Shown: positions 48,123 through 61,998, counted from the stretch's first letter. The stretch: DNA of 64,000 nt from Phyllosticta citribraziliensis (GCF_038025025.1 NW_027117352.1:496001-560000), one strand, 5' to 3'. Numbers and translations: made by a program. The notes: generated by a model not told the origin, from the sequence alone.

Positions 48123-49182
48123 ATGGCCGCAGACGAGCAGAAGAAGGCCAAGGTACCCAACCAATTTCTCAAACCTACAATCATCCTCTGCAGCCAGTCC
48201 GACACCGGCATCATGACCTGAGCTCGCACGACTCTTTCAAAGACAACCAGCTAACAATCCCACAGCCCAGCGCACTGCGCTCCATCATCGCGGGCAGCAC
48301 GGCCGGAGCCGTCGAAATCGCCATCACGTACCCGGCCGAATTCGCCAAAACGCGCTCGCAGCTCAACCGGCGGCTGCCAGACGGCAAGAAGCTGCCATGG
48401 CCGTCATTTGGACCGCAGTGGTACGCCGGGTGCACGACGCTCATCATCGGCAACTCGATCAAGGCCGGCATCCGCTTCGTGGCCTTTGACCAGTACAAGA
48501 CCATGCTGGCGGACAAGGACGGCAAGGTGTCGGGCCCCGCCAATGTCATTGCTGGCTTCGGTGCCGGAGTGACGGAGAGCGCGTTGGCTGTGACGCCGTT
48601 TGAGAGCATCAAGACGCAAATGTGAGCATGCAGCATGTTGGATTCCCTCACCACGGAGCCCTTCCTAACGCGCAGCCCAGCATCGACGACCGCAAGCGCG
48701 CCCAACCGCGGATGCGCGGCTTCCTGCACGGCACGCGGCTCATCTACGCCGAAAAGGGGCTGTCGGGCTTCTTCCAAGGCTTCGTACCGACAACAGCGCG
48801 GCAGGCAGCCAACAGCGCGGTGCGGTTCGGCTCGTACACGTCGCTGCGGCAGCTGGCGCAGTCGTACACATCCCCGGGCGAGAAGCTGGGCGCGGCCAGC
48901 ACGTTCGGCCTCGGCGCCGTCGCCGGCGTCATCACCGTCTACGCCACCATGCCGCTCGACACGGTCAAGACGCGCATGCAGAGCCTCGAGGCGCGCGCCG
49001 AGTACCGCAACAGCCTCGTCTGCGCCGCCCGCATCTTCAAGGAGGAGGGCCTGACCACGTTCTGGTCGGGTGCTATGCCTCGTTTGGCGCGCCTTATTTT
49101 GAGCGGCGGTATCGTGTTTACTATGTATGAGAAGAGCATGGAGTTGATGGATAGGATGGACCCGCAGAGGAAGTACATTTGA
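48123..49182 (+). CDS. CTP1: Mitochondrial citrate/tricarboxylate carrier
   Basis: Three carrier signatures YPAEFAKTR, TPFESIKTQ, MPLDTVKTR; GNSIKAGIRF, RQAANSAVRF, PRLARLILSGG are citrate-carrier-type; two introns. Confidence 0.92.
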
Positions 49183-49996
49183 AAGGTGAGCGTGTTCGTC
49201 AATCACCAGAGACGGCGGCGTTTCGACGAAAGCAAAGCGGAGCAGTCCATCAGGGGGCATCCATTATGGAGCCAGCCAACCCGCTGCGCTGCGCCAGGGG
49301 GAGGCAGGGGGCAGATGAAACTCTACCCCTGACTGACGCCCCGCAGGCGCGCAAAACAACAAGAAGAAGGGAACCCACACCACACGACGCCAGCGAGGCA
49401 CCACCGTCGCCCTCTCCGTCCAAAGCAGACCCAGGGGCCATGGTGGTCAGTAGAAGCGCAGGGTCGCACAGGGGTAGCGCGGCTCGGCTCGGCGCGGCGC
49501 GGCGCGGCGGCAGGCCATTGTATCAAGAATCAACGAGTAAACGTGTACGACCACCCCAGACACCAGCTAAAAAAGAAGTAGAATGTAGAACAAGCTCACG
49601 CCACTGCCACGTTCTGGTTCGATTGTACCGTATTATTTGGAGTATTGTTTTGAGCTGCACGAGAGGATGGGACCTAGAGCCGTCAATCTGCTTCTCGTTC
49701 CACATCCCTTCAGTTCGTTCGTCCTTTGAGACGTTTCTGCCTCTGTCCGTTTGATACGCCATGATCCATCCATCCAATTGAACCGCCCAGTCCAATCCAG
49801 TCCAAACCAACCCGGCCGTCCCAAGACCCAAAATCCCAAGATAAAGAACGATGCCGGCCATGCGCATATCCACGCCCACGCCCAAATCCTTGACCTACAC
49901 CTATACTCACACCCATACCCATACCCGTCATATAGTCATCTCAAATCTTCCATCATTACTTACCTCGACTCCACCCAGCATCCCAGCCTCGTCAGG

Positions 49997-51524
49997 TTAC
50001 ACGTCAAGCATACTCCTGACGCGCTGCGCCGGCGCCGACTCAATCCCCAACGTCGTGCCGGAAATGACGCTCGCGCCATCGCCGCCGATTTCGCGACCAT
50101 GCTGGCGCCGCTCGGGCGACGGATCGCGGAAGGGGTTGCGCGCGCCGTCGGCTTCAGCCTGGCGGGCCGCAGCGTCGCTCACGGGGCCCAGCTCAACATT
50201 GGCAGACGGGGTAGTGGGGCCAGGTCCTTCCTGGGCGAGGGCGCGCAGACGCTGCTCGGGCGTCAGGTGGACGCCGCCGTCGTACTTGCGCCACCACGAG
50301 GGCTTCTTGACGATGCCGAGGCCGGCGTCGGCGGCGTGGTCGCGGGAGCGGCGCTGCTCGAGGAGCAGCTTGTCTTCGTTTTCGTCGACGTAGCCGGCGA
50401 TGTTGAGCACGATGATGAGGAGCACGATGGGCCCGTAGCCGAGCCCGAACGGCCAGGCGGGCTTGACGTCCTTGTTGAGCAGCGACACGTCCCAGACCCA
50501 TGCCGCGGCCATGTCGTAGACGAGGCGGAAACCTAAGATCAGGATGGCGAGGAACAGCTTGGTGGGGCAGTGGGTGCAGAAGGAGTTGATGCGCGCAAGG
50601 ACGCCAGGAGTGGCCGGGCGCGGGCGGTAGTGATGCAAGCTGTGGTGGAGAGAGAAGATGGTGATGCCCCAAGCAATGACGGCGATTATCGAGCCGGCCT
50701 TGAAGCGGCCATCTGTGGCAGTCTTTTCTGCAAAATGGGTCTGCTGCCAGTCGGAGCGCTGGTACTCAATGTTGGTCCAGCTGCGAGGTATGGTCATGAA
50801 AAAGTTGAGCCAGGCGAAAAAGTAAAAGATCAGAGGAAGGTAGAATTCCGTCTTGCCACGTTTGTCGTCTTCTGGAAGCAAAAAGGGATCGCGATCGCAG
50901 ATCTGCCTCTCTTGCCACGAGCCCCTGCGGCGTGTTAGGTGGGTGATGTCAGAAGAGAGTGGGAACTGACCAGTGCCGCGTTGCCTCCCAGACCATTGCC
51001 AGGGACGCAGGGAGCATCAGAGTAAAAAAGAAACATTGCAGGACGATTGCAATGCTAGTCAGGTAGTTTCGGTCCACGTCAATGCCGGTAATGGTGCTGA
51101 TCAATCCGCAAGCAGCGGCAAAGAGCATCCAGTACCACTGCCACCGTCTGCCAATTATGCGGAAGCGCTTTTCTTCGCGGACAAACTGGCGGCCATGTTT
51201 GCGGAGGTTGATGAGTATGAACATTATGCTGACGGCGAAGAGGGTCGCAAAGGAGATGCCGACTTTGCCGCGGGTGCTGATGCCGTAGTAGGGGACGTAG
51301 CACGAGGTGCCATTGATCCAGCTGCCGTTGCTGAGCATGGTGGGCTGGAATTTGCCAAAGACGAGGTAGCATCGCGACTTGTTTGAGATGGTGCCATTGT
51401 CGTAAATGGTGTAGTTGTAGTGGTCCAGGGCGGTGCGATTGAAGTGGACGCCGTTGATGAGCGTGTCGGTCGCGTTGTCGCCAGACGGGTAAGGAATCAG
51501 GTCTCGGAGTTCAAGCAGCGGCAT
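49997..51524 (-). CDS. Fungal multi-pass membrane protein, DUF2434-like
   Basis: NGVHFNRTAL..YNYTIYDNGTISN.SRCYL; NGTSCYVP; GRRWQWYW; IDVDR; HW-intron-GSWQERQ; several TM segments. Confidence 0.75.
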
Positions 51525-52552
51525 CGTGGGAGGCGGCAGTAGCCGTGAGGAGCGCAAGGTGTTTCGAGCGGTTTCGAGCAATGCGCAGGGCGACGTCCGT
51601 GTTGATGGGAGAAGGTGGAGCAAACGTCTTCCGGTTTTGGACGTCTAAGATGCGGCAGAGCGGGTCGGACGGCCGCGGTATCCGGGCCGGTGTTGATGAC
51701 GGCGAATGGGCGAGTTTACGGGACGGGAGTCGCAGACGAAGCGAAGCCCAGGCTGGCGAGGCGACGCAAGGCGAGAAAAGGACGGCGACGGAGTCGTGAA
51801 GAGGTTCGCGCAGGACGATGACGGCGAGAATGGTGTTGTTGGTGGTGGAGATGGCGGCTGAATCCGGTGACGGTGATCTACGCAGCGAGTCATGTTCCCT
51901 GCGCGGCTAGGCTGGGAGCCCCTGTTGGCCCAGCACCAGCGGCAGCGGCAGCGGGAGGCATGCGACAAGCAGCAGGGCGGGGGGTGAAAAGACTGCCCTA
52001 CAGGAACTGTGTATAGAGGAGATGATGCTGCCTGTGGGCTGCCATGGATGGTTTCGAGTAGCGACAGGGCGAGGGCTGAGCGCGACGCCAGAAACGGGCC
52101 CAGAGGCAGCAGCTTGTCGCCCGCGACCGAGGTCAGTCTTGTCCAGAGGCAGAGCTCAGGTCACCTTTGATTCAACTCTCGCCGTCTACCTTAGCACCGC
52201 AATGTACTTACATTAGCTCGTCACATGCCGCAGTCTCTCCTCTCCGCCACATCTCAAACTCAACCTCAAGTCTCTCCTCCAGGCTCCAGTCTCCGCCGAC
52301 GTCTTGAAAAACACCACCACCTACGCTCCCTATAGCTCGAGCTAGCTCTGCGTTGCCCCTCGTCTCCCGCACCCACCGCACCTCAGCCTACACGAGCACG
52401 CGGGCACCTTACGGCCTTACATCCCACCTGTCCTACATACACGCGCCACCGACAAATCATCGCCTCTCCACCGACTTCTTGGGAGACTCGAAATCAGACT
52501 CGCTACGCCCGTAAGCCTGACCCCGCCCGAGCGCGGTCAGTCAGCCAGCTCC

Positions 52553-55500
52553 ATGGCCTCCCCAGATCCCTCCTCAAACCCTCCACCGCGACGCGAGAGC
52601 CCGTCGCGTCCGCCCACCGCTTCCCCCGCCGTCAAACCCCACGCTGCCCCCTCTAAAATTCGGCGCCGCAATCGCTTGATCACCTCCTGCCTGGAGTGCC
52701 GGTACTTGCTCTGCGCCCTGCGTTAATCTGAACCGCCGCTGACCTGCCCCCCTAGCCGCCGCAAGCTAAAATGCGACAAACTACATCCATGCAGCAATTG
52801 CACCCGCTTTTCAAGGGATTGCGTCTTTCTGGCGCCTGCCCTCGATGCCGCTTCGCAGCTCAAGCTGGCCGAAATCAAGGAGAAGATGGGCACTCTCGAG
52901 CGCACTCTCGAGGAAGACATTGCCCGAAAATCAGTGCGCCGCTCACGCTCCGAGTCGAGGCCCGGCTCCAGCTTGCCCGGTCTCGACGGCGTTTCCAGTG
53001 AGGACGAATTTTCCGAAGCAGAGGACGAGCGAGGCCTTGAGCCGACGCCCCTTGCCCTCGAAGCAGCTCCATATGACGACGACGGCAATGACGACAACAT
53101 TCTCGACCTGGGCGTGCAGTTTGGACGATTGCGAATCACCGAGCGAATTGGTGGTTTCGTGCGACCCAAGCTGGCACAAGAGGTTGGTCTGACGATTCGC
53201 CTTGCCAACAGTCGATGCTGACGTCTCGTAGCTGACCGAGGCCTTGAAAGAAGTTCCTGAGCTATTTCCAGATCCATTGGAGCCTCATCCGTTTACAAAA
53301 AGAATTCACCCGAGTGCTTACCTGGTTCCTGGCCCAGACTACCTTGCGCCATCCGCCAGCTTCTTCTTTGCTCCAACAGTCCGGAAAAACAGTCTGGTCC
53401 ACTCTCTCCCTGCAAAATCCATGGCCGATACGTTGCTCAGACAGTACTGGCGTGCCGTACATCCTGTTGCTCCTGCTGTTCACAGACCGTCATTTGAGAG
53501 GCAGTATACCGCATTTTGGAAAGATATTGCCGTGGGCGTCGAACCTCGATCGTCCCTGCAAGCCCTTATTTTGGCCGCCATGCTATCTGCAGCAGTCAGC
53601 CTTTCAGAAGAAGTTGTGACCAATGAGTATGGAACATCGAAGCAAGAACTCGTCGAAAGTTTCAAAGAAGGGACCGAAGCTGCATTATCAAGGGCAAACG
53701 TCGTGCGAACCACCAAGTTTGAGACGTTGCAAGCGTTTGTCATGTATCTTGTAAGTCTGATTTCACACTGCCAGGTGACTTTCTAACTGAATCAGATCCC
53801 CCTTTGCCGCAACGAAATTTCCAGGTCCCACTCTGCCCTGACTGCCATGGCTATCAGGTTGGCCGAGTGCATGGGTTTACATCGCGATGGCGCACAATAT
53901 GGCCTGTCTCCCGTCGAAACCCACGTACGACGTCTGGTTTGGTACCAACTTTGCTTCTTGGACATTCGAGTGTGCGATTCGTGTGGACCCAGGCCTCAGA
54001 TTCGCGAAGACGATTTTGACACCAAATTTCCTCTGAACGTGGACGACATGGACTTCGAGACCAACAACCCGCCGTGGCAAGACAAGGATTGTTTTACCGA
54101 CATGACCATTGCCCGCATGCGCTTCGAGTGTACAGAAATGGCGCGTCTCATCTGGTTCGAGCGGCCGCGGATCGAGAAGAAACAGACAACGCTTACGGCG
54201 GTCCTTGCCAAGTGCCAGAATTTTCGCATTGCCATGGAGAAGCGATACGGGCCAATGCTCGACCCCAAGAATCCGCTGCACTACATGTGGCAGCTGGTAT
54301 ACAACATTTTGAGCTTGAAGCTCCACATAATGCTACTTTTCCGCTACGCCAGCAACATGCACAGAATCATGCCCGAGCGACTGAGGCAGACGGTGCTGGG
54401 CTCCGGGACGTTGCTGTTGGAGAATGCCATCGTCCTCGATACAAACCCGAGTTTGAAGACGTGGATCTGGTATGCGGGCACTCACCAGCAGTGGCACACT
54501 GCTTTGCTCATGCTAGCGGAAATGTACGCCAAGGAACCAGACCCAAGCTACGAAGAGCGCGTTTGGCGCTGTCTGGACTACGCGTTTGACCTGCCTCCAA
54601 ATATTTCCATTGTGGAAAAGGCCAAGTTTGTCCTCGGCGGGCTTCGAGATCGAACACTCGTTCTGCAAAATCTTCGCAAGTTGCATGCGCCAACAGCCAT
54701 GGACCAGCCCATGGGTCCACGGCCTTACACCATGGCCATTGATCATAGCGCAAGGCTTTGGTATCCTAACTTGGCCAAGAGCGCCTTGGCACGCATGGGT
54801 GATACGCCGCCATCGCTTTCGCCGCCGCCGCAGGCTCCATCCACATTTGCGGCTAGTCGAAGCGGTGCGACGCAAAGTCAAGATCGTCATGATGCACAAT
54901 ACAACCAGATGCAGGAAGCGACAGGAATGGGCCAGGTTCCGCCCCACGCATCCATGGCCGCATCATCGTCCTCGAATGCCCCCTATTCGTCTGTCTCGCT
55001 GCCACCAATGGACGCTGTCACCGATCCCTATGCCAGTACTGCGCCGACGCCCTATAACATGGGTAACTTGTTCAACATGAGCCCTGGAGATACAACTAGT
55101 GCGACATCCGGATCAGCCATGGGAGGTCCAGGCAGTGGCAGTCCAGACGACCACATGCTGGACATTGACTGGGTAAGCATTCCGATTACCCTGAGGGAAA
55201 CAATACTAATCATGATTGTAGAACGAGTGGGACAAACTCTTTCCTCAATCCATTGGCGGCGTTCCAGGAGGCGTTGGCGGCGAAATGTTCTCCGCGCCCG
55301 ACTTTAACTATGCATCAGCCTCAGAAGCTTCGTCGTCTGCTCCCACTGCCACCGCTACGGGTTTTCCTACTGGAATTGGTGTCCTCAACTGGTCGCACGT
55401 CGGAAAAGGTGCAAGTAACCACGGCCAGATGCATCTCCCTGCCATGCAAGGTCAAGGCCAAGGACAAGGACAGGGGCGTAACCAAGGGCATGGCTCGGGA

Positions 55501-55569
55501 TTACATCATGGTCAACAGGGGTTGCAACATCAACAGCAGCAGCAGCATCGACATCGCCCGTCGCATTGA
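52553..55569 (+). CDS. Zn(II)2Cys6 transcription factor with fungal-specific TF domain
   Basis: RRRNRLITSCLECR-intron-RRKLKCDKLHPCSNC..DC; AIRLAECMGLHRDG..ETHVRRLVWYQLCFLD; four introns; last exon NEWDKLFP..RPSH*. Confidence 0.92.
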
Positions 55570-56590
55570 TCGCCGTTTGGAACAGATGCTTGTGGTGGGG
55601 TGGCATCAAGCGCGCCGACTATTATGCCGTCGCTTCTCCGGATGACGCCTGGTGGCCAAGAATGCTGCGCACCATCGTGCCCTCCAGCTGTCCAAAACCA
55701 GTCCATATTCTCGGATGAAAGCGAAGCTTGAAGGTCTTAAATGTCCGGGTGCGCAACTGCTGCTATCACACGAACGTCGATAGTAAAGCGCTGCCTGTAT
55801 AGCCTTCGCCGGGTTGTGTGGAGAGACTGGCAGCTGCAGGCGCGAGCAAAGTCCCATTGCAATACCAGGCGCAAGACTTGGATTCTGATCTTTCCATCAC
55901 CGTGTATTATCGCGTTTATTATCGTCGGAGTCTGGCCTGTACAGGACAGGCTACAACTTACGCAGTGTGGGAGACATCGGGATGATTAGTTGCACATGCT
56001 ATGCCACATGCTTCAAATCACGTCTACGAAAGCGATACCACTTGTTTGATCTCTTGTACTATAGTATACAGTGCCTCTGGGCTACATATATATATCGTCT
56101 TGTGCGTATTCAGACGGAGGCGCCGCTGCAATTGGCTACCTGGATCGCGAATCAAAAATAGCAAACTGTCTCGAAAATTCAAACAGAGTCGGGGTGTGTC
56201 TTATTTTCAGCGACCATCACGTTCGAGGAATAGTAGGCGTAGAAAAATAACATTCCAAAGTGTATTCGGGGTGGCAAGAAGCAGCTTCAGAGGAGCAATT
56301 GTGGTATTGAACAACTGTCCCGTAGCTTCATCTGTGTTGGTGAACAAATGCTACTGTAGTCGTACTGCTAATATCATATCTTTGGTAACAACCATGGTGG
56401 AGGTCGCGGCGAAAGGGGATCCCTGCGTGGCGATCCTCCCTCGGCAAAGATGGCCCGATATCGTCATTCGGCGTCAGGACATGCGGGGGCAACTTTCCTT
56501 CAACACACTCTCTCCCCCTCGACACCAGCTCGCTCGCAAATCCCCAAAATTATCCAAAGCCCTGTGTACAACCAGCTTTGGTCGCCAGCC

Positions 56591-58531
56591 ATGGCAGAGC
56601 GAGCATCTCTCCAGGCGCTCCCGGACGAAATCTTGACCAACATTCTCTTCTATCTCGACCCCGATAGCCTCAATGCGGTCCAGCCCGCCAGCAGACGCCT
56701 CCAATCCGTAGCGGGGCAGGAAATCCTGTGGCGGCACAATTGTCGCATCCACTTCCGCCATTGGAATCCCAAACACAACTACACGGCGCTCCTCCAACGG
56801 CCCGTCGCACAAGTACCCTGGCGACAGCTTTTCGTCCAGCGCAAGCGCATCGAGGTCAAGGCGCGACGGCTGGTGGACGAGCTGGTCGCAACACACAAGC
56901 AGCGAGGCGCGCACATTGAATGGCTGGCTGAGCAAGGATACGACGTCAAGGACGAGCTGCTCCGGCAAAAGAGCGTCGATGAAGAGCAGGAGGATGTACT
57001 GGCGAGGCGATATTGGGCCAATGCCGCCCTCACGGCTATACACCGCAGCATGGCTATGGAGGAATGGGCGCGGCTGAGACGTGGCGAGCCGACTTCGCTG
57101 GAGCGGGTTTTGGGCGCATACGATTTGTTCGTAATAGACAGCGCGGAGGGTATTGGCGACTTGGACGACATTTCTGCAAGGTTGGACGACCTGGCCGCGC
57201 GATTCAAATCACAGCACCCGGAATACCTCGAATTCTCCCTGCGCGAGCGGGCGCTGTGTCTCGTCGAGTTCCTGCGCGTCGCCGGGTTTACGGGCGTGCC
57301 TCCAGAAAGGTACGGACGCATCGAGCAGAACTTTATCGGTCTCGCGCTGGCCGGCGACAACCACGAAGCGCTGCCACTTGTCACAGTCGCCATCTTCTGC
57401 TGCGTCGCCGAGCGCCTCGGCATCAACGCGCAACCGTGCGGCTATCCCATGCACATCTACGCCATCGTCAAGGCGCCGCCGGGCGAACCTCTCGACGGAC
57501 CCGACGCCTCCTCCACCAGCAACCTCTATCCCGAAGACTCGGACACCATGTACCTCGACCCCTTCCGATCAGAGCAGGAAGTGCCGCGCAGCCGGCTCGA
57601 GTCGCAGCTCATGAGCTGGGGCGCGTCGCCGCAAAACTTCCCCATGTTCTTGTCATCCGCCAGCGTGACGGAGATGGTGATCCGCAGCGCACGCAACATG
57701 CGGCGGGCCGTCGAAGTCGGCGGCGAAGCGGAACCGCAGCAGCCGCCGGGCGCGGCGCGGCTCGCGCACTCGCACCTCGACCTCAACGCGGCGCTGCACG
57801 CGGCCATGTGGGCGTGGGCGTACCTCGAGCGCGGCGACAACGCGTCCGTCACGGTGCCCGGCGCGGCCGACATCGTGACGCACCGCCGCCGCATCCTCAT
57901 GACCAAGGTCATCCAGCTCATCCTCGAGCACGTGCCGTGGGAGACGTTCCTCGCCGAGCGCTACATGGGCCCGCTGTTCTGCGACCTTCCCGAGTCTCAC
58001 GACTTTGCGCGCGTCATTGGCGAGCAGTACGTCGCCGACCGCATGGCGATGGCGCCCAAGCTGCGCCGCAGTCGGCGGCGGCCGAGCCAGATCAACAGTA
58101 ACAACACTTCCAACACTTCCAACACTCCAGGCATGTCCACCAACACCGACCAAACCGACATCCACAGCACAAACCAGTCCCACGGCACCTGGGCGTCCGC
58201 CGTGCGCCACACAATCGGGACACCCTTCCGGCACGCGCGCTACTCGTACTACGGGGTGATCATCGGGTGGGACCCGTCGTGCAGCGCGGCCGAGGAGTGG
58301 GTGGTGACGATGGACGTGGACCGGCTGCCGCACGGGCGCGCGCAGCCCTTCTACAACGTGCTGTGCGAGGACAGCACCGCGCGCTACGTCGCCGAGGAGA
58401 ACATTGCGCCGACCGACGAGCAGCCGCCGGCGTGGTTGCGGGGGGCACTGGCGGGGCGGTATTTTTTGAGGTGGGATCGCGAGGGGAGCAGGTTTGTGAG
58501 TAATGTGAGGGAGGAGTATCCGGATGATTGA
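56591..58531 (+). CDS. F-box protein with transglutaminase-like and YccV/HspQ-like domains (FBXO21-like)
   Basis: LQALPDEILTNILFYL (F-box); LPLVTVAIF..AERLGI..GYPMH..YLDPF; IGTPFRHARYSYYGVIIGWD..QPFYNVL..RYVAEENI (YccV-like); intronless. Confidence 0.88.
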   Translation: MAERASLQALPDEILTNILFYLDPDSLNAVQPASRRLQSVAGQEILWRHNCRIHFRHWNPKHNYTALLQRPVAQVPWRQLFVQRKRIEVKARRLVDELVATHKQRGAHIEWLAEQGYDVKDELLRQKSVDEEQEDVLARRYWANAALTAIHRSMAMEEWARLRRGEPTSLERVLGAYDLFVIDSAEGIGDLDDISARLDDLAARFKSQHPEYLEFSLRERALCLVEFLRVAGFTGVPPERYGRIEQNFIGLALAGDNHEALPLVTVAIFCCVAERLGINAQPCGYPMHIYAIVKAPPGEPLDGPDASSTSNLYPEDSDTMYLDPFRSEQEVPRSRLESQLMSWGASPQNFPMFLSSASVTEMVIRSARNMRRAVEVGGEAEPQQPPGAARLAHSHLDLNAALHAAMWAWAYLERGDNASVTVPGAADIVTHRRRILMTKVIQLILEHVPWETFLAERYMGPLFCDLPESHDFARVIGEQYVADRMAMAPKLRRSRRRPSQINSNNTSNTSNTPGMSTNTDQTDIHSTNQSHGTWASAVRHTIGTPFRHARYSYYGVIIGWDPSCSAAEEWVVTMDVDRLPHGRAQPFYNVLCEDSTARYVAEENIAPTDEQPPAWLRGALAGRYFLRWDREGSRFVSNVREEYPDD

Positions 58532-59034
58532 TGTGTGGCAATTTGACACAACAGGAGAAAAGCCACAGACGCAGTTGATTAATCGTTGGGCTAGGCAAGG
58601 CGAGGCACATACATGTAGACGTTGGATCGAAGATAGCTAGATACCCACGGCGCGCAGAGCAGGCAAGGAACGTATTCTTTTCACAACAAAGAGCGAGCGA
58701 GCCCACCACCACCCCCACATCCACATATCACGCCACGGAAGAGAAGATAGCTGCGTTGTTGTACATTCTAGCATTTGGTCTGAGTGGTCTTTTAGGTTTC
58801 TCTCATCAGCATGAGCAGCTGCCTGCCATTCGCGGTGCCTGTATCAAAGACGGTCCAGTACGGTCTAGGCCCAAGACTGCTTTTATGTACAGCGACGAAG
58901 GAGAGAAACGAAATGAAAAAAGGAAAAGAGAAGAAAACCCACCGCTCTCAAGGGAAACGCTTCATTCGGACAAGGAAAAGGTGTGGTTTGATGTGATGAG
59001 TGTGTGTCGGTCACGCAACAACGAAAGGAAATCA

Positions 59035-60435
59035 CTACTGGTCGTCGAGCACGTGAATGTACTTCTTCTCCTCACGCTTCTCCTTCTCCGTCTGCGGCGG
59101 CAGGTCGAGGTAAGTCATGCTGCGGTAAGCCTTGAGGTACCTGTACGTCAGGCTCTTGACCTCGGCGGGCACGATGTCGAGGTCCTTGAACGTCTTGGCG
59201 GCCGGGTCGATGGTCTGGTCGATGAACTCGCGCTCGACCTGGTCGGCGCAGCCAATGGGCCACCACAGCAGCTTGTTCAGCGTCTCGGTCAGGGGCTTCA
59301 TGATTTGCTTGGGCACGTTGATGTGCCGCCGGTGCTTGATGATTTCCGTGTCCACCAGCTCCGCCAGCTCCGCCATGCTGTAGTTGGTCGGCCCGAACAA
59401 CTCGTACGTCTCGGCCGCCGTCGTGTCGTCGTGGCACATCTTCTCCAGCGCCATGCCCACGTCGATGACGTGCACGGGCCAGAACCGCTGCTCCATGTTG
59501 TTGGATGTGAAGACGTTGCTGAGGCGCGCCAGCTTGTTGAGGAGCTTGTCCTCAAATCCAAACATGGGGGACGGACGGACAATGGTGGTCTCTGGGAAAA
59601 TGCTGCGGACGGCTTCTTCGCCGCGACCCTTGGTGCGGTAGAACTCGGATGTCGAGTTCTTGTCGGCATTGAACGAGGAGACGTGTACGAAGCGATCTAC
59701 ATCGTACTTTGCAACGGCTTCGGCGATGCGCTCGGCGCCCTCAACGTGGACATCTTCGAGAGAAAAGTTCCTGGCAACGGTTCAACACGACTCACTCGAA
59801 ATGAATGTGAAGGGACGCACTTGGTAGGGTATTCGCGGCCGATCAAGTTGTAAACAATGTCGGAGTGACGGACGCTCTCTTCGATCGATGGGGTATTCCG
59901 AAGATCCATTTCCTAAGACTGTCAATAACTTCATACCGGTCTGGCATGAGTTGGTCTTACGAGGAAGACGACTCTGCCCAAATCACCCGTCACCTTGAGG
60001 TGGCGCTTGGTCATTTCTTCCCGATATGGTACGACCACGGTGCATCCTTGACGTGCTGGACCATTTCATCAGTATTCGGCCATGTCATCGGCAAGTCGCT
60101 CGTACCCAGACGGTGGACAATGTAGCGGCCCAAGAAGCCAGTGGCTCCAAACACGGTGGCCGTGTGTCCTTGCAAAGGAGTTAGCTCCAGAGGTGGGGTG
60201 GGTCCGGGCAAATCGAACCTCCGAGCGACGACCTGTGAAGCTGGTCAGCAACAATTGCAAATGGTGTGGCAGCAGCACATTACCTGCCGCCCTGTACTCT
60301 GATAATTGGCTTGCCGGTGCGCGTGATGGCGACATCATGGAGGCTGCGCCGGGCGAGGTGGGAAGTGAGCTTGGGAGAGGCCAATGCTCTCTGGAGAGCC
60401 GCGTTCGGCCCGGCGCAACTCCTGGGGAAAGCCAT
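59035..60435 (-). CDS. NDUFA9: Complex I 39/40-kDa subunit (NDUFA9/NUO-40, atypical SDR)
   Basis: KPIIRVQGGR/SSLG/GHTATVFGATGFLGRYIV; HLKVTGDLG; VRHSDIVYNLIGREYPTK; MFGFEDKLL; PVHVIDVG; five introns. Confidence 0.94.
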
Positions 60436-60738
60436 GGTCGAATGAAGAGCGGAGAGGATCGAAGGGAGAGGTTGCGGGGAGATGCGGAGTGCTATGGAGG
60501 TGGTTGTAGCTCCGGGGAGAGCACCTCGGAGCGGAAAAACGTACGGCATAACGTCAGGGTGATCGACGGAGCTCCGGTTGGAACAGAAGCGCTGCACCTG
60601 AGCTCAGACCCACCACTACCCTACACGTCCACCGCCGGAGCTCCACCACCATCCGACAACCTCATCACCATCGCCATCGACCCTCCTGTCCAACCTCTCA
60701 CCCGCCTCATATCCTCCACACCGCCGCAACTCGCCACC

Positions 60739-61998
60739 ATGGCTGGACCTACGGCCAAAGACCTGGAGATGATTCCGGGATACCTCGAGGAGCAGCGCGA
60801 CCAGGCCCCGGACGAGCTGCAGCACTACTTTCTGCAGTTTGAAGATTTCTGGGAGAGGAAGCTCTGGCACGAGCTGACCAACTCGCTGTTGGAATACTTT
60901 GGCCACGCAGAGAGCGCGCCGCAGCGGATAGGGCTCTTCAACACCTTCATCAAGACCTTCTCGGACAAGATCAACCAGCTCAAGCTGGCCACTCTCGGTC
61001 TGAGTGCCGCATCACAATACCAAGGTAGGAAAAACGCCAGGCGACCTCTTGATCAGTTTCTTATCATTCCTTAGATCTCAAGGAGCGCCTCAAGTTCCTT
61101 GAGAGCCTCGCGGACAAGGTCAACAAGCCATCGTCGCAAGATGCTTACGTCTACGCCATCGTCGTCGTGGCAAGCGTACAGCTGCAACTCCAAGACCCCC
61201 CTAGCGCACGCAAAAAGCTCGACGAGGCCGAGCGTATCCTGGAATCGTTCGACACGGTGGAGACGGAGGTGCACGCGGCCTTCTACCGCGTCAATGCCGA
61301 ATACTACAAGGTAAAGACAGTCGCGATGGTTTCAAACTCCCAACTCACATCATCAGTCTCAACAAGAATTCGCCGCCTACTACAAAAACGCCCTCCTCTT
61401 CCTCGCCTGCATCGATCTCGCAAAGCTCCCTCGCGAAGAACGCATGCAGCGTGCGTACGACCTGGCCATTGCCGCGCTGGTCTCCGATTCCATCTATAAC
61501 TTTGGTGAACTGCTGCTCCACCCGATCCTAGACTCGCTCATCACCACGCCTCAAGCATGGCTTCGCGACCTCTTGTTCGCCTTCAACCGCGGTGACCTCG
61601 CCGCCTACGACGTCCTGGCCGGTAACATTTCCAAGAACGCTCTCCTCAAGGAGCACCAGCAGTTCCTGTACCAGAAGATTTCTCTGTCGGCATTGACAGA
61701 GGCCGTGTTCCGCCGCCCGCCGCAGGACAGGTCCATGACTTTCAACGCCATCTCCCAGGAAACAAAGGTTCAGGCAAACGAGATTGAGCATCTCATCATG
61801 AAGGCTTTGAGCTTGGGTCTTCTTAGAGGAACAATCGACCAGGTCGACCAGGTGGCCAAGATCAACTGGGTCCAGCCCAAGGTGCTGGACATGAAGCAGA
61901 TTGAGGGCATGAGGGGAAGACTCAGAGACTGGGATTCGAGTGTCAACCAGCTTGGCAACTGGATCGAGGGTGTGGGTAAGGACGTCTGGGCCGCCTAA
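60739..61998 (+). CDS. RPN9: 26S proteasome lid subunit Rpn9 (PCI domain)
   Basis: FEDFWERKLWHELT; KINQLKL; IYNFGELLLHPIL; IEHLIMKALSLGLLRGTIDQV..WVQPKVL; two introns. Confidence 0.95.

Noticed and set aside
52553..55569. Zn2Cys6 factor as regulator of a secondary-metabolite cluster
   Set aside because: No PKS, NRPS, terpene synthase or tailoring enzymes nearby; neighbours are housekeeping genes
58200..58531. Bacterial-type YccV/HspQ domain as possible horizontal transfer
   Set aside because: F-box plus YccV is a widespread eukaryotic architecture (FBXO21-like)
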